Source of the DNA: an uncultured Alphaproteobacteria bacterium
GTDB taxonomy: Bacteria > Pseudomonadota > Alphaproteobacteria > Rhodobacterales > Rhodobacteraceae
Direction: 5' to 3'
Length of the DNA: 64,000 nt
Assembly: GCA_963777765.1 (NCBI GenBank)
Contig: CAVZRP010000007.1
Span: 397,968-461,967, forward strand
In this document: piece by piece, positions 18,663 to 27,806 of the stretch
Position numbering within the stretch: the first letter of the stretch is position 1
Layout of the letters: the number at the start of each line of letters is the position of its first letter
Program-made: the position numbers and the translations under genes
The notes under the pieces: generated by a model
What the model was told of the DNA's origin: nothing
The model's database searches: none
Seen by the model: the letters and a program-made list of their open reading frames with translations, nothing else

Positions 18663-19826
18663 CTAAACCCAGTCCCCCTCGAAATCCTTCGGAACAAGCA
18701 GATTGTCGGGGCTCATCTGCTTCACATCCTGCTCGCCGAGAAGCGCCATCGTGGTGTCCATTTCCTTCTGGATCACCTCCAGCGCTGTCGTCACCCCGGC
18801 CTCGCCCATGGCGCCCAGCCCGTAGATGTAGCTGCGCCCGATCATGGTGCCCTTCGCCCCGAGGGCCAGCGCCTTCAGCACGTCCTGACCGGAGCGGATG
18901 CCGCCATCCATGAACACCTCGGTCTTGCCGCCCACCGCCCGCACGATGCTCGGCAGCATCCGGATCGACGACAGCGCGCCATCCAGTTGCCGCCCGCCAT
19001 GGTTCGACACGATGATCGCATCCGCGCCGAAATCCGCCGCCCTCAGCGCGTCGTCGACATCGAGAATACCCTTCAGGATGAACTTGCCGCCCCAGGCATC
19101 GCGGATCTTGCGGACCTTGTCCCAGTCGAGCTTCGGGTCGAACTGCTCCTTGGTCCAGCTCATCAGCGAGCGCAGGTCGCCGACGCCCTTGGCGTGGCCC
19201 ACGATGTTGCGGAAGGTCCGGCGCTGCGTGCCCAGCATCCCCAGCCCCCACTGTGGCTTGGTCGCAAGATTCAACAGGTTCTTCACCGTCAGGCGCGGCG
19301 GGGCGGTCAGGTCGTTCTTCAGATCCTTGTGCCGCTGGCCCAGGATCTGAAGGTCCAGCGTCAGCACCAGAGCCGAGCATTTCGCGGCCTTTGCCCGCTC
19401 GATCATGCCCGCCACGAAATCCTCGTCGCGCATCACGTAAAGCTGGAACCAGAACGGCTTGGTGGTGGCCTCCGCCACGTCCTCGATCGAACAGATCGAC
19501 ATGGTCGACAGGGTGAAGGGCACGCCGAACTTCTCGGCCGCCCGCGCCGCCTTGATCTCGCCATCCGCGTGCTGCATCCCGGTCATGCCCACCGGGGCAA
19601 GCGCCACGGGCATCGAGACCTTCTGGCCGATCATCGTGCTGGCCGTGGTGCGGCCCGTCATGTCCACCGCGACCTTCTGGCGGAAGCGCAGCTTCTGGAA
19701 GTCGCTCACGTTCTCGCGGAAGGTCTGCTCGGTATAGCTGCCGCTCTCGCAATAGTCGTAGAACATGCGCGGCGCGCGGCGCCGGTAGATCTGCCGCAGG
19801 TCTTCGATGCAGGTGATGACGGGCAT
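18663..19826 (-). CDS. lldD: FMN-dependent alpha-hydroxy acid dehydrogenase (L-lactate dehydrogenase)
   Basis: APVG, WFQLY, LKGI, SNHGGRQLD, DGGIRSGQD. Confidence 0.92.
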   Translation of the reverse strand: MPVITCIEDLRQIYRRRAPRMFYDYCESGSYTEQTFRENVSDFQKLRFRQKVAVDMTGRTTASTMIGQKVSMPVALAPVGMTGMQHADGEIKAARAAEKFGVPFTLSTMSICSIEDVAEATTKPFWFQLYVMRDEDFVAGMIERAKAAKCSALVLTLDLQILGQRHKDLKNDLTAPPRLTVKNLLNLATKPQWGLGMLGTQRRTFRNIVGHAKGVGDLRSLMSWTKEQFDPKLDWDKVRKIRDAWGGKFILKGILDVDDALRAADFGADAIIVSNHGGRQLDGALSSIRMLPSIVRAVGGKTEVFMDGGIRSGQDVLKALALGAKGTMIGRSYIYGLGAMGEAGVTTALEVIQKEMDTTMALLGEQDVKQMSPDNLLVPKDFEGDWV

Positions 19827-19879
19827 GTGCGTTCCTTCACGGCTCGGTCAGGCAGTGGTAAAGCCCGCGCGGCGCAAGA

Positions 19880-20593
19880 TCAATTGCCGCTGCGGCGCCG
19901 GTGCTCCGGCGGCTGTTTGACCGGTCCGCCGCCCGCGTCAGGGCGCGCGTGTTTCCGAGACGTCGCCACCGCAAGCTGCGCGGCGAAGGCACGCCGATAG
20001 GCCGGGCGCGCCTCGCCGCGCGCGACATAGGCGGCAAGGCCCGGATGCTCCTCCAGCAGCCCCGATCCGGCCAGCCGCCGCAGAACCGTCACCATCATCA
20101 GATCGCCCGCACTGAACCCGCCGTCGAGCCAGTCTGCCCCGCCCAGCCGGTCGGCCAACTGGCCCAGCCGGGTCCGAACCCGATCCTTCAGCATGGGCAG
20201 GCGATGTCTGTGCCAGTCCTCATGGCGCTCGATCATGTCCGCCATGTCGAAGTCCCAGACCGGCGGCTCCACCGTGTCGAGCGCGGCGAACACCCACGAG
20301 ATCGCCCGCGCCCTCGCCAGGCCATCAGCCGGAAGCAGTCCGGGACGTGTCTGTGCGATGTGCAGCACGATCGCGCCGGACTCGAACAGGACAAGGCCGC
20401 CTTCCTCATAGGTCGGGATCTGGCCGAAGGGATGCAGCGCAAGATGCGCCGGCTGCTTCAGGTCGTGGAACGAGACGAGGCGCACCTCATAGGGCTGCCC
20501 CACTTCCTCCAGCGCCCAGCGGACGCGCATGTCCCGCGCCAGCCCCATTCCGCCGTCGGGCGAGTTCTCGAATGCCGTTATGGTGGGGGTCAT
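19880..20593 (-). CDS. glutathione S-transferase family protein
   Basis: RDMRVRWALEE, HPFGQIP, LFESGAI, FSAGD, RPAYRRA. Confidence 0.93.
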   Translation of the reverse strand: MTPTITAFENSPDGGMGLARDMRVRWALEEVGQPYEVRLVSFHDLKQPAHLALHPFGQIPTYEEGGLVLFESGAIVLHIAQTRPGLLPADGLARARAISWVFAALDTVEPPVWDFDMADMIERHEDWHRHRLPMLKDRVRTRLGQLADRLGGADWLDGGFSAGDLMMVTVLRRLAGSGLLEEHPGLAAYVARGEARPAYRRAFAAQLAVATSRKHARPDAGGGPVKQPPEHRRRSGN

Positions 20594-20780
20594 CGCGTCG
20601 ACTCCGTCCTGCGCCCTCCGGTCCCTGACCAGCGGTTCACCGGGTCAGATCGAAACCGCTTCGCTGTCCGACCGGTCCGGCAGCGCAAGCCAGATCAGCG
20701 GAATGACGCCTCCGCGTGCGGTGTCCGCAGCCCGGATCAGGCGACGACCGCCACTATGCGGCACCGTATACGAGAAGGCA

Positions 20781-20850
20781 AAAATCAGTTAACAGAAGTA
20801 GAAATATCCTTGCAGATCAGGATGCCCGCTTACCGTCGCACTGTGCGACA
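20781..20850 (-). other. conserved ~70-bp element after trpA (copy 1)
   Basis: TGTCGCACAGTGCGAC palindrome, then an AT-rich tract with TAAC at the same offset as the copy after ychF. Confidence 0.45.
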
Positions 20851-20860
20851 TTTTCCTGCC

Positions 20861-21658
20861 TCACGCCCGATGCGCGCCCTCGGCCAGCCCCTTCACAAAG
20901 GCCAGAACCTCGCCCGCAGACCTGCCCGCCCCGATCTCCTTGACGATGGCCGACCCCACCACGCAGCCATCCGCCACGCTCGGCGATGGCCTGCGCCGCC
21001 TCGGGCGTGGTGATGCCGAAGCCCACGATCACCGGCAGGTCGGTCGAGCGCCTTGATCCGCGCCACCTCCGGCGCCACGTCCGCCGGCCTGCGGCCGCCG
21101 CCGCCCCGGTGATCCCGGTGATCGAGACGTAATAGACGAAGCCCGAGGTGTTCTGCAGCACCTTGGGCAGGCGCTTGGCATCGGTCGTGGGGGTCGCCAG
21201 CCGGATGAAGTTCAGCCCCGCCGCCTGCGCGGGCAGGCACAGCTCGGCATCCTCCTCGGGCGGCAGGTCGACCACGATCAGCCCGTCGATCCCGGCCGCC
21301 ATCGCCTCGACCAGGAACCGCTCCACCCCGCGCGAATAGATCGGGTTGTAGTAGCCCATCATCACGATCGGGGTGGTGGTGTCGCCGCTTGCGGAACTCC
21401 GCGCACCATTGCCAGCGTCTTGTCCAGCGTCTGCCCGCCTTCCAGCGCGCGCTGCCCGGCCAGCTGGATCGTCGGGCCGTCGGCCATCGGATCGGTGAAG
21501 GGCATGCCCAGTTCGATGATGTCGACCCCCGCGGCCGGCAGTCCCTTCATCACCGCCAGCGAGGTCGCAAGGTCCGGGTCGCCCGCCATGATATAGGCGA
21601 CGAAGGCCTTCTTCCCCTCGGCCTTCAGGCGGGCGAAGGTCTGGTCGATCCGGGTCAT
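20861..21658 (-). CDS. trpA: tryptophan synthase alpha chain (several indels)
   Basis: [52 protein letters not shown] across frames; ends EGAHRA*. Confidence 0.95.
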
Positions 21659-21792
21659 CCTGGCGTCCTTCCTCGGTCGCCGCAGCGGTTTGCGAAAAGC
21701 GCGCGGAAATCAATGGCCCGCGTCGGCTTGCCGATCTTGCGGCGCCGCGTCTTGCCTAAAAGCCCCCGCAACCGTTGAAGGGAGTGGGCATC

Positions 21793-22898
21793 ATGGGCTT
21801 CAAGATGGGCATCGTCGGGCTGCCGAACGTCGGCAAGTCCACGCTCTTCAACGCGCTGACCCGGACGGCGGCGGCGCAGGCGGCGAACTTTCCGTTCTGC
21901 ACCATCGAGCCGAACGTGGGCGAGGTGGCGGTGCCCGATGACCGGCTGGAGAAGCTGGCGGCGATTGCCGGATCGAAGCAGATCATCCCGACGCGGATGA
22001 CCTTCGTCGATATCGCGGGCCTGGTGCGGGGCGCGTCGAAGGGCGAGGGGCTGGGCAACCAGTTTCTCGCCAATATCCGCGAATGCGACGCCATCGCCCA
22101 TGTGCTGCGCTGTTTCGAGGACGGCGACATCACCCATGTCGAGGGGCGGATCGACCCGGTGGCGGATGCCGAGACGATCGAGACGGAGCTGATGCTGGCC
22201 GATCTTGAGAGCGTCGAGCGGCGGCTGGCGAACCTGTGCGCGCAAGCTGAAGGGCGGCGACAAGGACGTCGCTGGATCAGGACCGGCTGCTGCGCGGCGG
22301 CGCAGGCGGCGCTGGAGGCGGGGCGGCCGGCGCGGACGGTTGCAGGTCGCGGCGGAGGATGCAACGGACGTGGCGGCTGCTGCAGCTGCTGACCGCGAAG
22401 CCGGTGCTTTTCGTCTGCAACGTCGAGGAGGGCTGCGGCGGCCATCGGGCAACGCGCAGTCGGCCCGGGTGGCCGAGATGGCGGCGGCGCAGGGGGCGGC
22501 GTCGGTGGTGATCTCGGCCCGGATCGAGGAAGAGATCAGCCAGCTCGACGCCGATGAGGCCGCGATGTTCCTGGAGGAGATGGGGCTGCACGAGGCCGGG
22601 CTGGACCGGCTGATCAAGGCGGGCTACGAGCTGCTGGGCCTGCAGACCTATTTCACGGTCGGGCCGAAGGAGGCGCGGGCCTGGACGATCCCGAAGGGCA
22701 CGCTGGCGCCGCAGGCGGCGGGCGTGATCCACGGCGATTTCGAGAAGGGCTTCATCCGGTCGGAGACCATCGCCTATCGACGATTACATCGCCGGGAAGG
22801 GCGAGGCGGGGGCGAAGGAGGCGGGCAAGTTCCGCGTCGAGGGCAAGACCTACGAGGTGAAGGACGGCGACGTGCTGCATTTCCTGTTCTCGGGTTGA
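21793..22898 (+). CDS. ychF: redox-regulated ATPase YchF (several indels)
   Basis: [58 protein letters not shown]. Confidence 0.96.
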
Positions 22899-22919
22899 GA
22901 GCCGGGGTTGTAGCGCGTG

Positions 22920-22990
22920 TGTCCCACAGTGCGACACTCTGTCAGGACATTGAAAAGAAAAGAATTTCTTTTTTTTGGTAACCAGGTTTT
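22920..22990 (+). other. conserved ~70-bp element after ychF (copy 2)
   Basis: TGTCCCACAGTGCGACA palindrome, AT-rich tract, GTAAC at offset 43-47. Confidence 0.45.
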
Positions 22991-23391
22991 CAGCGGCTGC
23001 GCTGCGGGATGAAGTCTGGTGCGGACGGGCAGACCACTTTGCCCACTGTGGGGTTTCGCATGGCGACCGGGCGGTTACGGGATCATATCCCGTTGCCCGC
23101 TTGTCCTCCGATCCAGGGCCAACCAATCGGCGGCCCCACTGTGATGCCTGTGAGCAAGGGAAACCGAGGGCAGTGCAATTTGATAGCGGAAGCTGATGCG
23201 GAGGCCCTGATCCGATGATGGCAGCCGGTTGGCGAGTGCGCCGCTGGCGCCAGCAAGCATAGGGACGGATCGGGCAGCAATGACCAGACCGAGCGGTGTC
23301 TTGTCTATGCTCGTGCCCCTTGCCGACACGCGATCGCCAGGGGAGGAACTGTCTGGACCAGGGCGTGACGCGTCGTTCAGAGCGGTCAGCG

Positions 23392-24021
23392 TCAGACCTC
23401 CGGGCCTGATGGTTTGGCTGGACTCGCAGCGGCGGCGGTATCCGACTTTGCCGGCGCATGTGTTGCGAGCGCGGCAGCGGGCTTCACATGGGCGTGGCGA
23501 CGGCCGATCTCGGTCATCACATAGACGAGGACCGAGCCTGTCCAACTGAACGTGAAGAGGCCCGAAATGGCGATGACGGGTCCGGTCAGCCGCCAGGCGT
23601 CGGGCAGGGCGATCTTGCCTTCGCCGAGTGTCGTATACGCCTCGAGCACGAAGAAATAGGCGTCCCGGATATTCGGGATCAGCCCGAGGAACCAGATCGG
23701 GATGGCCCAGATGAACGTCTCGAACAGATGCGACAGGGCGAGGAGCGCGATGGTCATGCCCATCAGCAGGCTGACCTGCCATTGTGGTGTTCTTGCATTG
23801 AACCTGGCGAACCGGCCCCCGAAGAAGCGGGCAATGGCACCCATGCACCAGCCATGGACGGAAATGACGAGCACCAGCACGAAGACCGCATAGCCAAGCT
23901 CGACAAAGAAACCGGGTTCCGTGATCTGGCCGGCCACAGTGCTGACAACCGTCGTGTCGACAGACTTGATGATCGGTTCGACCGTGTTGGTGACATCGTC
24001 GACCGTCGCCATGAGCGGCAT
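23392..24021 (-). CDS. small pore-loop ion channel protein (Ion_trans_2-like)
   Basis: TM-pore-TM layout: H..E...WA...AYFF..YTTLGEG..LP.AWRL.GP....GLFTFSW. Confidence 0.85.
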   Translation of the reverse strand: MPLMATVDDVTNTVEPIIKSVDTTVVSTVAGQITEPGFFVELGYAVFVLVLVISVHGWCMGAIARFFGGRFARFNARTPQWQVSLLMGMTIALLALSHLFETFIWAIPIWFLGLIPNIRDAYFFVLEAYTTLGEGKIALPDAWRLTGPVIAISGLFTFSWTGSVLVYVMTEIGRRHAHVKPAAALATHAPAKSDTAAAASPAKPSGPEV

Positions 24022-24121
24022 TCCCCTTGCGGTTTCACGGGTGCGCGGCTGCGAGCGACCTGCGCCATCCGTTGGGGATTAGTCCGATTTGCCGTGCGCG
24101 GCAAGCGGGGGAGGGACGCGC

Positions 24122-24616
24122 CTAGAACGAGTGGCGCAGCCGCAGTGCCAGCGCGTTCCGGCCCGGATTGCGGTCGGCCGTTCCCGCATTGGACAGGTGC
24201 GTGATCGCGAGTGACACCCGTGACGTTTCACTGACGCGATACCCCATTCCAAGGCTGCTGTGGATTTCGAAATCGCCGCCGAGGTCGAAGTCCAGCGAGC
24301 CGGGATCATAGAAGCCGGGCATAAGCGTGGCTTCCGCCACCCAGTTCTCGCCCAGAGGTGCCTCGGCATACAGGCCCGCTCCCGCCCAAAGGCTTTCGCC
24401 ATCGTCGCCGCTGACGCGGACGCCCGCCCCGAAAGACAGGTTCCCCCACGCCCCGAACGGGCGCGTCTGGTATTCGAGTGCAAGGCCGGAAGGTTCGAAA
24501 CTCGCCATCTCTTCGACATCGGTTTTGTTGATTTCGAACAGGACGGCCTGCGCGGCGGCCGTTGATCCCGTTGCGACCGAGACTGTTGCCGCGACTGCCA
24601 GATGTCTGAAGGTCAT
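24122..24616 (-). CDS. outer-membrane acyloxyacyl hydrolase / PagL-like lipid A deacylase
   Basis: Signal peptide, DLGG.FE, catalytic HLSNAG..NPG, C-terminal Phe. Confidence 0.85.
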   Translation of the reverse strand: MTFRHLAVAATVSVATGSTAAAQAVLFEINKTDVEEMASFEPSGLALEYQTRPFGAWGNLSFGAGVRVSGDDGESLWAGAGLYAEAPLGENWVAEATLMPGFYDPGSLDFDLGGDFEIHSSLGMGYRVSETSRVSLAITHLSNAGTADRNPGRNALALRLRHSF

Positions 24617-24881
24617 CGAGAAACCTGTGTCCGGTTGGCGTCAAATGGTAAACGATACAGCTTCAAAAGTCAGCCATTCGCGCGTCTGAGGGTCTGAGCG
24701 GCAAGACATGTGGCCCACCTACATCAGGTCTTTGAGAGGCCAGAACACTGCTGCGGCGACGGGCGGGATGGCGCGTGGGACCGGGAAACCCGTTGGCGCG
24801 GGGTAGTCGGCTGTCCCGCGCGTGGTCCTTTCCGGCTGCCCCGACGCCTGCGCGCAAGCAGCGCGACCGGGCTCCGCCGGA

Positions 24882-25184
24882 TCAGCTCACCTCGTCATGT
24901 GCGAGGATGGCAGGGTTCCAGTAGCGGATGGTGATGCTGCCCCGCAGGCCCGCTTTGGTGGCGGGGTCGGCCAGGATCAGGGCCATCGCCTCGTCCCGGC
25001 TTGCGGCCTCGACGATCAGCAGGCTGCCGTTCGGGGTTCGCCCGTCGTCGCTGCGGAGGCTGCCTGCCGCAAGAATGCGGTGGCGGATGGAAAGCTCATA
25101 CTGCCAGTGGGCATCCATGATCGTCCGGTCGGCGCGCAGGGCGGCTGCCTGTTCGCTGTCTTCGCTTACGATCATCCAGGCCAT
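24882..25184 (-). CDS. YciI family protein
   Basis: R...MDAH, AAGSL..DDG....GSLLIVEA.S.......ADP. Confidence 0.88.
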   Translation of the reverse strand: MAWMIVSEDSEQAAALRADRTIMDAHWQYELSIRHRILAAGSLRSDDGRTPNGSLLIVEAASRDEAMALILADPATKAGLRGSITIRYWNPAILAHDEVS

Positions 25185-25201
25185 GAGGCAGTCCTTTCCG
25201 G

Positions 25202-26035
25202 TCAGGTCTTGATCCAGGCCTTGAAGGCCTCGGCGTGGTCAGGGTGCCAGCGCGAGAGCGGCGGGCGATTTTCGGCGATGTCGGCTGCGGCCCAGAGGAT
25301 GCGCTTCGCGTCAAGGGCGCGGTCTACGTCGTTGTCGGGGCAGAGGATGTAGAATTCATCGCGGTCGAGGGCGTGGAACAGGAATTCCACGACCTGTTCC
25401 GGTGTCCAGGCGCCTGCGGGCTTTTCGGTGCGGCTGCCTGCGGTCAGGGGGGTGAAGACGAAGCCGGGGATGAACAGCCTCGCCTCGACCCGGCAGCCGG
25501 GAAGGTTGCGCAGGTGGTGCTGGAGCGCTTCGGTGAAGACCTTCACGCCCGCCTTCGACACATTGTAGGCGGGATCGCCGGGTGGGGTGGTGATGCCCTG
25601 CTTGGAGCCGGTATTGAGGATGAGGCCCGGCTTGCCCGAGGCGATCATGCCGGGGGCGAAGATCTGGCTGCCCGCGATGACGCCGCCCATGTTGACGGCG
25701 AGGATATGGTTCCAGTTCCCTTCGGTGTCGAAGATGGAGCTGCCGGGCTGTATCCCCGCGTTGTTCATCAGCACGCTGACGGGGCCGAGCCGGGACGTGA
25801 CGGCGTCGTGCAGGGCGCGGATCTGGGCGAGATCGGCGACATCCGTGGAATAGGCCGTGGCATCATGGCCCGCAGCGCGGAGGCTTGCAGCCGCTTCGTC
25901 GAGGCGGGTGCCGGGCAGGTCGGCAATTGCCACCCTGAGGCCGAGGGTGCCGAGGCGGCGGGCGGCGGCGAGGCCGATGCCGGACGCGCCGCCGGTGACG
26001 ACTGCGATTCCGCCTGGGGTAAGGGCTGGGTGCAT
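25202..26035 (-). CDS. short-chain dehydrogenase/reductase
   Basis: TGGASGIG, NNAG, NTGSKQG, YNVSK. Confidence 0.93.
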   Translation of the reverse strand: MHPALTPGGIAVVTGGASGIGLAAARRLGTLGLRVAIADLPGTRLDEAAASLRAAGHDATAYSTDVADLAQIRALHDAVTSRLGPVSVLMNNAGIQPGSSIFDTEGNWNHILAVNMGGVIAGSQIFAPGMIASGKPGLILNTGSKQGITTPPGDPAYNVSKAGVKVFTEALQHHLRNLPGCRVEARLFIPGFVFTPLTAGSRTEKPAGAWTPEQVVEFLFHALDRDEFYILCPDNDVDRALDAKRILWAAADIAENRPPLSRWHPDHAEAFKAWIKT

Positions 26036-26165
26036 TCGGGCCTCCGGTCCGGGTGGGTTGGCTGGTCATGGCAGAGTTCGACAGGATCGCCCGGACGGCA
26101 GGACGAGGCAAGGCATGAAATCCGGGGCCGGCGGGGTGGTCGCGTCCCGCCGGCCCGGTCGTGGT

Positions 26166-27574
26166 TCAATAACCGCCCTTGCCGGCGGGTTTGTTCACCA
26201 CGAGCGTGACGATGGCGTAGACGACACCTGCGACGACCGCCGTGGGAAGCGAGGCGGTGAGGAATTCGTAGGGCCAGCGGCTGTCATAGGTGATCGGGTT
26301 GAGAAGGTAGAGATAGGTGCCCACGCCCGCCGCCATGCCAAGGATCGAGGCCGGGTTGAAGCCGCCCCAGTAGGCATAAGTGCTTGCGGGACCGCCTTCG
26401 AAGAGGCCGCGCACGTCGATCTTCCTGCCGCGCAGAAGGTAGTAGTCGGTGATCTGGATGCCGCAGAGCGGTGCGAAGCCGAGCCCGATGAAGGCGAGGA
26501 AGGTTCCGAAGTTGGCGAAGAACAGATCCGGGATCAGCAGGCCGACAAGACCGACGGGCAGGATCGAGATCAGCAGCAGCGTGGGCCAGTGCAGGTGTTG
26601 CAGCGCCGGGAAGTGGCGCAGGCCGATGGAGGAGGAGTAGACCCCGGCAACTGCGGTGCCCAGGTTCGCGGCGGCGACAAACAGCAGCGCGATGACGCCG
26701 TAGATCGGCCCGCCGACCGAGCGCATCCACTCCGACGGGTCGGACACCTGCAGAACGAGGATGCCTGCAATGCCGATCAGCCGAGAGGATGGGGACGGGA
26801 GCACCCATGCCCACCATGATCGGCAGGGCAGCCGTTCCGACCGTTCGGAGCCATGCGGACCATCGCGCCGATATAGGGCCACCAGGACAGCAGCGATACG
26901 ATCCCGATCTCGATGCCCGTGGTGAAGTTCCAGTGCGGGCTCGGTCGAGGCGTAGGCGGGGACGGCGCTGACAAGGTCGTCCCAGCGCTGGGTGACGAGG
27001 ATGTAGAGCATCCAGTCGCCGACAAAGACATGGGCGACGAGGATCTTGGCGACGCGGTCCACGCCCGCGGAGCCCCTGAGCAGGACGAGAAAGACGAGGG
27101 CGCGACGCCAGCAGGACGGTGCCCGGGACGAGGAGCCCGCTCCGCCTTCGCCGATCATGCCGAGGGCGCGAAGCAGCTGCGTCGTCGACTTGGCGAAGAA
27201 GATCAGGAGCAGCGAGTTCCAGCCGATGATCGAGATCTGAACTGCATCGCCGCCGGAATGATCCAGCCGCGCGAGCCGAACTGGCGGTTTCGACGAGGCG
27301 ATGGAATCGACGCCGAAGCGCATCGCGATGGGCACCGCGGCCAGCGCCACGATCAGCATGCCGATCATGCTGCCCGCGAAGAGGGCCGCAGAAGCCCTTG
27401 CGGAAGTTCAGGTAGTAGCCGACGTACTCGCCGATGATGTAGCACCAGGTCGCCGCGGCCGCGGTGACGAGCGAGATGCCGAGCTTCCAGCCGCCCCAGG
27501 TGCGTTCGTCGGGAAGAAGGGGCCAGGCGTTCTTGTCGGCTTCGATCAGGACCGTATCGAGTGACATCGCTCAT
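26166..27574 (-). CDS. NCS1-family (cytosine/purine permease-like) transporter (several indels)
   Basis: WPLLPDERTW, AAATWCYIIG, RFGVDS, DYYLLR..IDV..L...Y.YW.GFNP; multiple TM segments. Confidence 0.88.
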
Positions 27575-27578
27575 GGCC

Positions 27579-27734
27579 CTACCTCCCCAGCCAGAGCGCA
27601 ATGATCGGCAGGACGATGCCAAGGCCGATCAGGATGAGCCAGGCGGCCAGATCGTAGTCTTCGCCCTGGTTTTCAGGTTTTTGCAGCAGCGCCAGCCGCC
27701 GTTCCAGCTCCGGGTGGAGCGCGTCTTGTGCCAT
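27579..27734 (-). CDS. 51-aa membrane protein preceding the NCS1 permease (absent from ORF track)
   Basis: aggagg RBS, then MAQDALHPELERRLALLQKPENQGEDYDLAAWLILIGLGIVLPIIALWLGR*; its 3' end holds the RBS of the permease. Confidence 0.8.
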   Translation of the reverse strand: MAQDALHPELERRLALLQKPENQGEDYDLAAWLILIGLGIVLPIIALWLGR

Positions 27735-27806
27735 GTCATTCCCTCCTGTCGTGGTTGCGGTTTATTGCGCCCGGATCATGTGCACCCCGGGCGCGGGTGC
27801 TGTCGG

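Noticed and set aside
22990-23390. Short ORFs downstream of ychF
   Set aside because: No RBS, no typical codon bias and no motif.
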